A stretch of DNA of 63,769 nucleotides, the filler included, from Parasitella parasitica NRRL 2501 (taxonomy: Eukaryota; Fungi; Mucoromycota), in the NCBI GenBank assembly GCA_025201805.1. It is 11 parts of 11 records of this genome, joined end to end, with 100 filler letters (N's around TTAATTAATTAA, not from the genome) between each part and the next. Parts side by side here need not be neighbours in the genome. Positions count along the whole stretch, not along the records: positions 62,297 to 63,769 come from MU619632.1; 10 more parts are not named here. One strand, written 5' to 3'. Numbering within the stretch: the stretch's first letter is position 1; each line of letters begins with the position of its first letter. A program made the translations under genes and the position numbers. Under the pieces are notes generated by a model. It saw only the letters and a program-made list of their open reading frames with translations, did not search any database and was not told the DNA's origin. Positions 63,712-63,769 of the stretch are shown piece after piece.

Positions 63712-63769
63712 GATCTCAACAGTGCCATAAAATGGGTGCCATTTCATTACAGGCTGTAAAAAAATGCTC

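Overview
Low-GC, intron-rich eukaryotic DNA whose genes and transposon repertoire point to a Mucorales (Mucoromycota) fungus; this is an inference from protein and TE style. The window is not contiguous. About 11 contigs/scaffolds are joined by an artificial 100-bp N..TTAATTAATTAA..N linker, and there are four ordinary N gaps, so adjacency across linkers is uninformative. Host genes: heme oxygenase, RAD2/XPG, a GH18 class III chitinase with an acidic repeat stalk, an alpha-arrestin, SYP1/FCHo, tRNA-Phe(GAA), an RluA-family pseudouridine synthase, a RhoGAP and SCO1. The rest is a dense TE graveyard: hAT, two CACTA/CMC transposases, a Helitron Rep-PIF1, LINE fragments, a Gypsy RT fragment, a Crypton-like GCR1_C remnant, five solo-LTR families and a multi-kb foldback structure. 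The most notable signal is the C-terminal part of a Fanzor1 (eukaryotic TnpB-like RNA-guided nuclease) with a 3' hairpin where the omegaRNA is expected. Second is a heme oxygenase with four ATCTGATAA iron-GATA boxes upstream and four Cys-Pro motifs in an N-terminal extension. All coordinates were read by eye.
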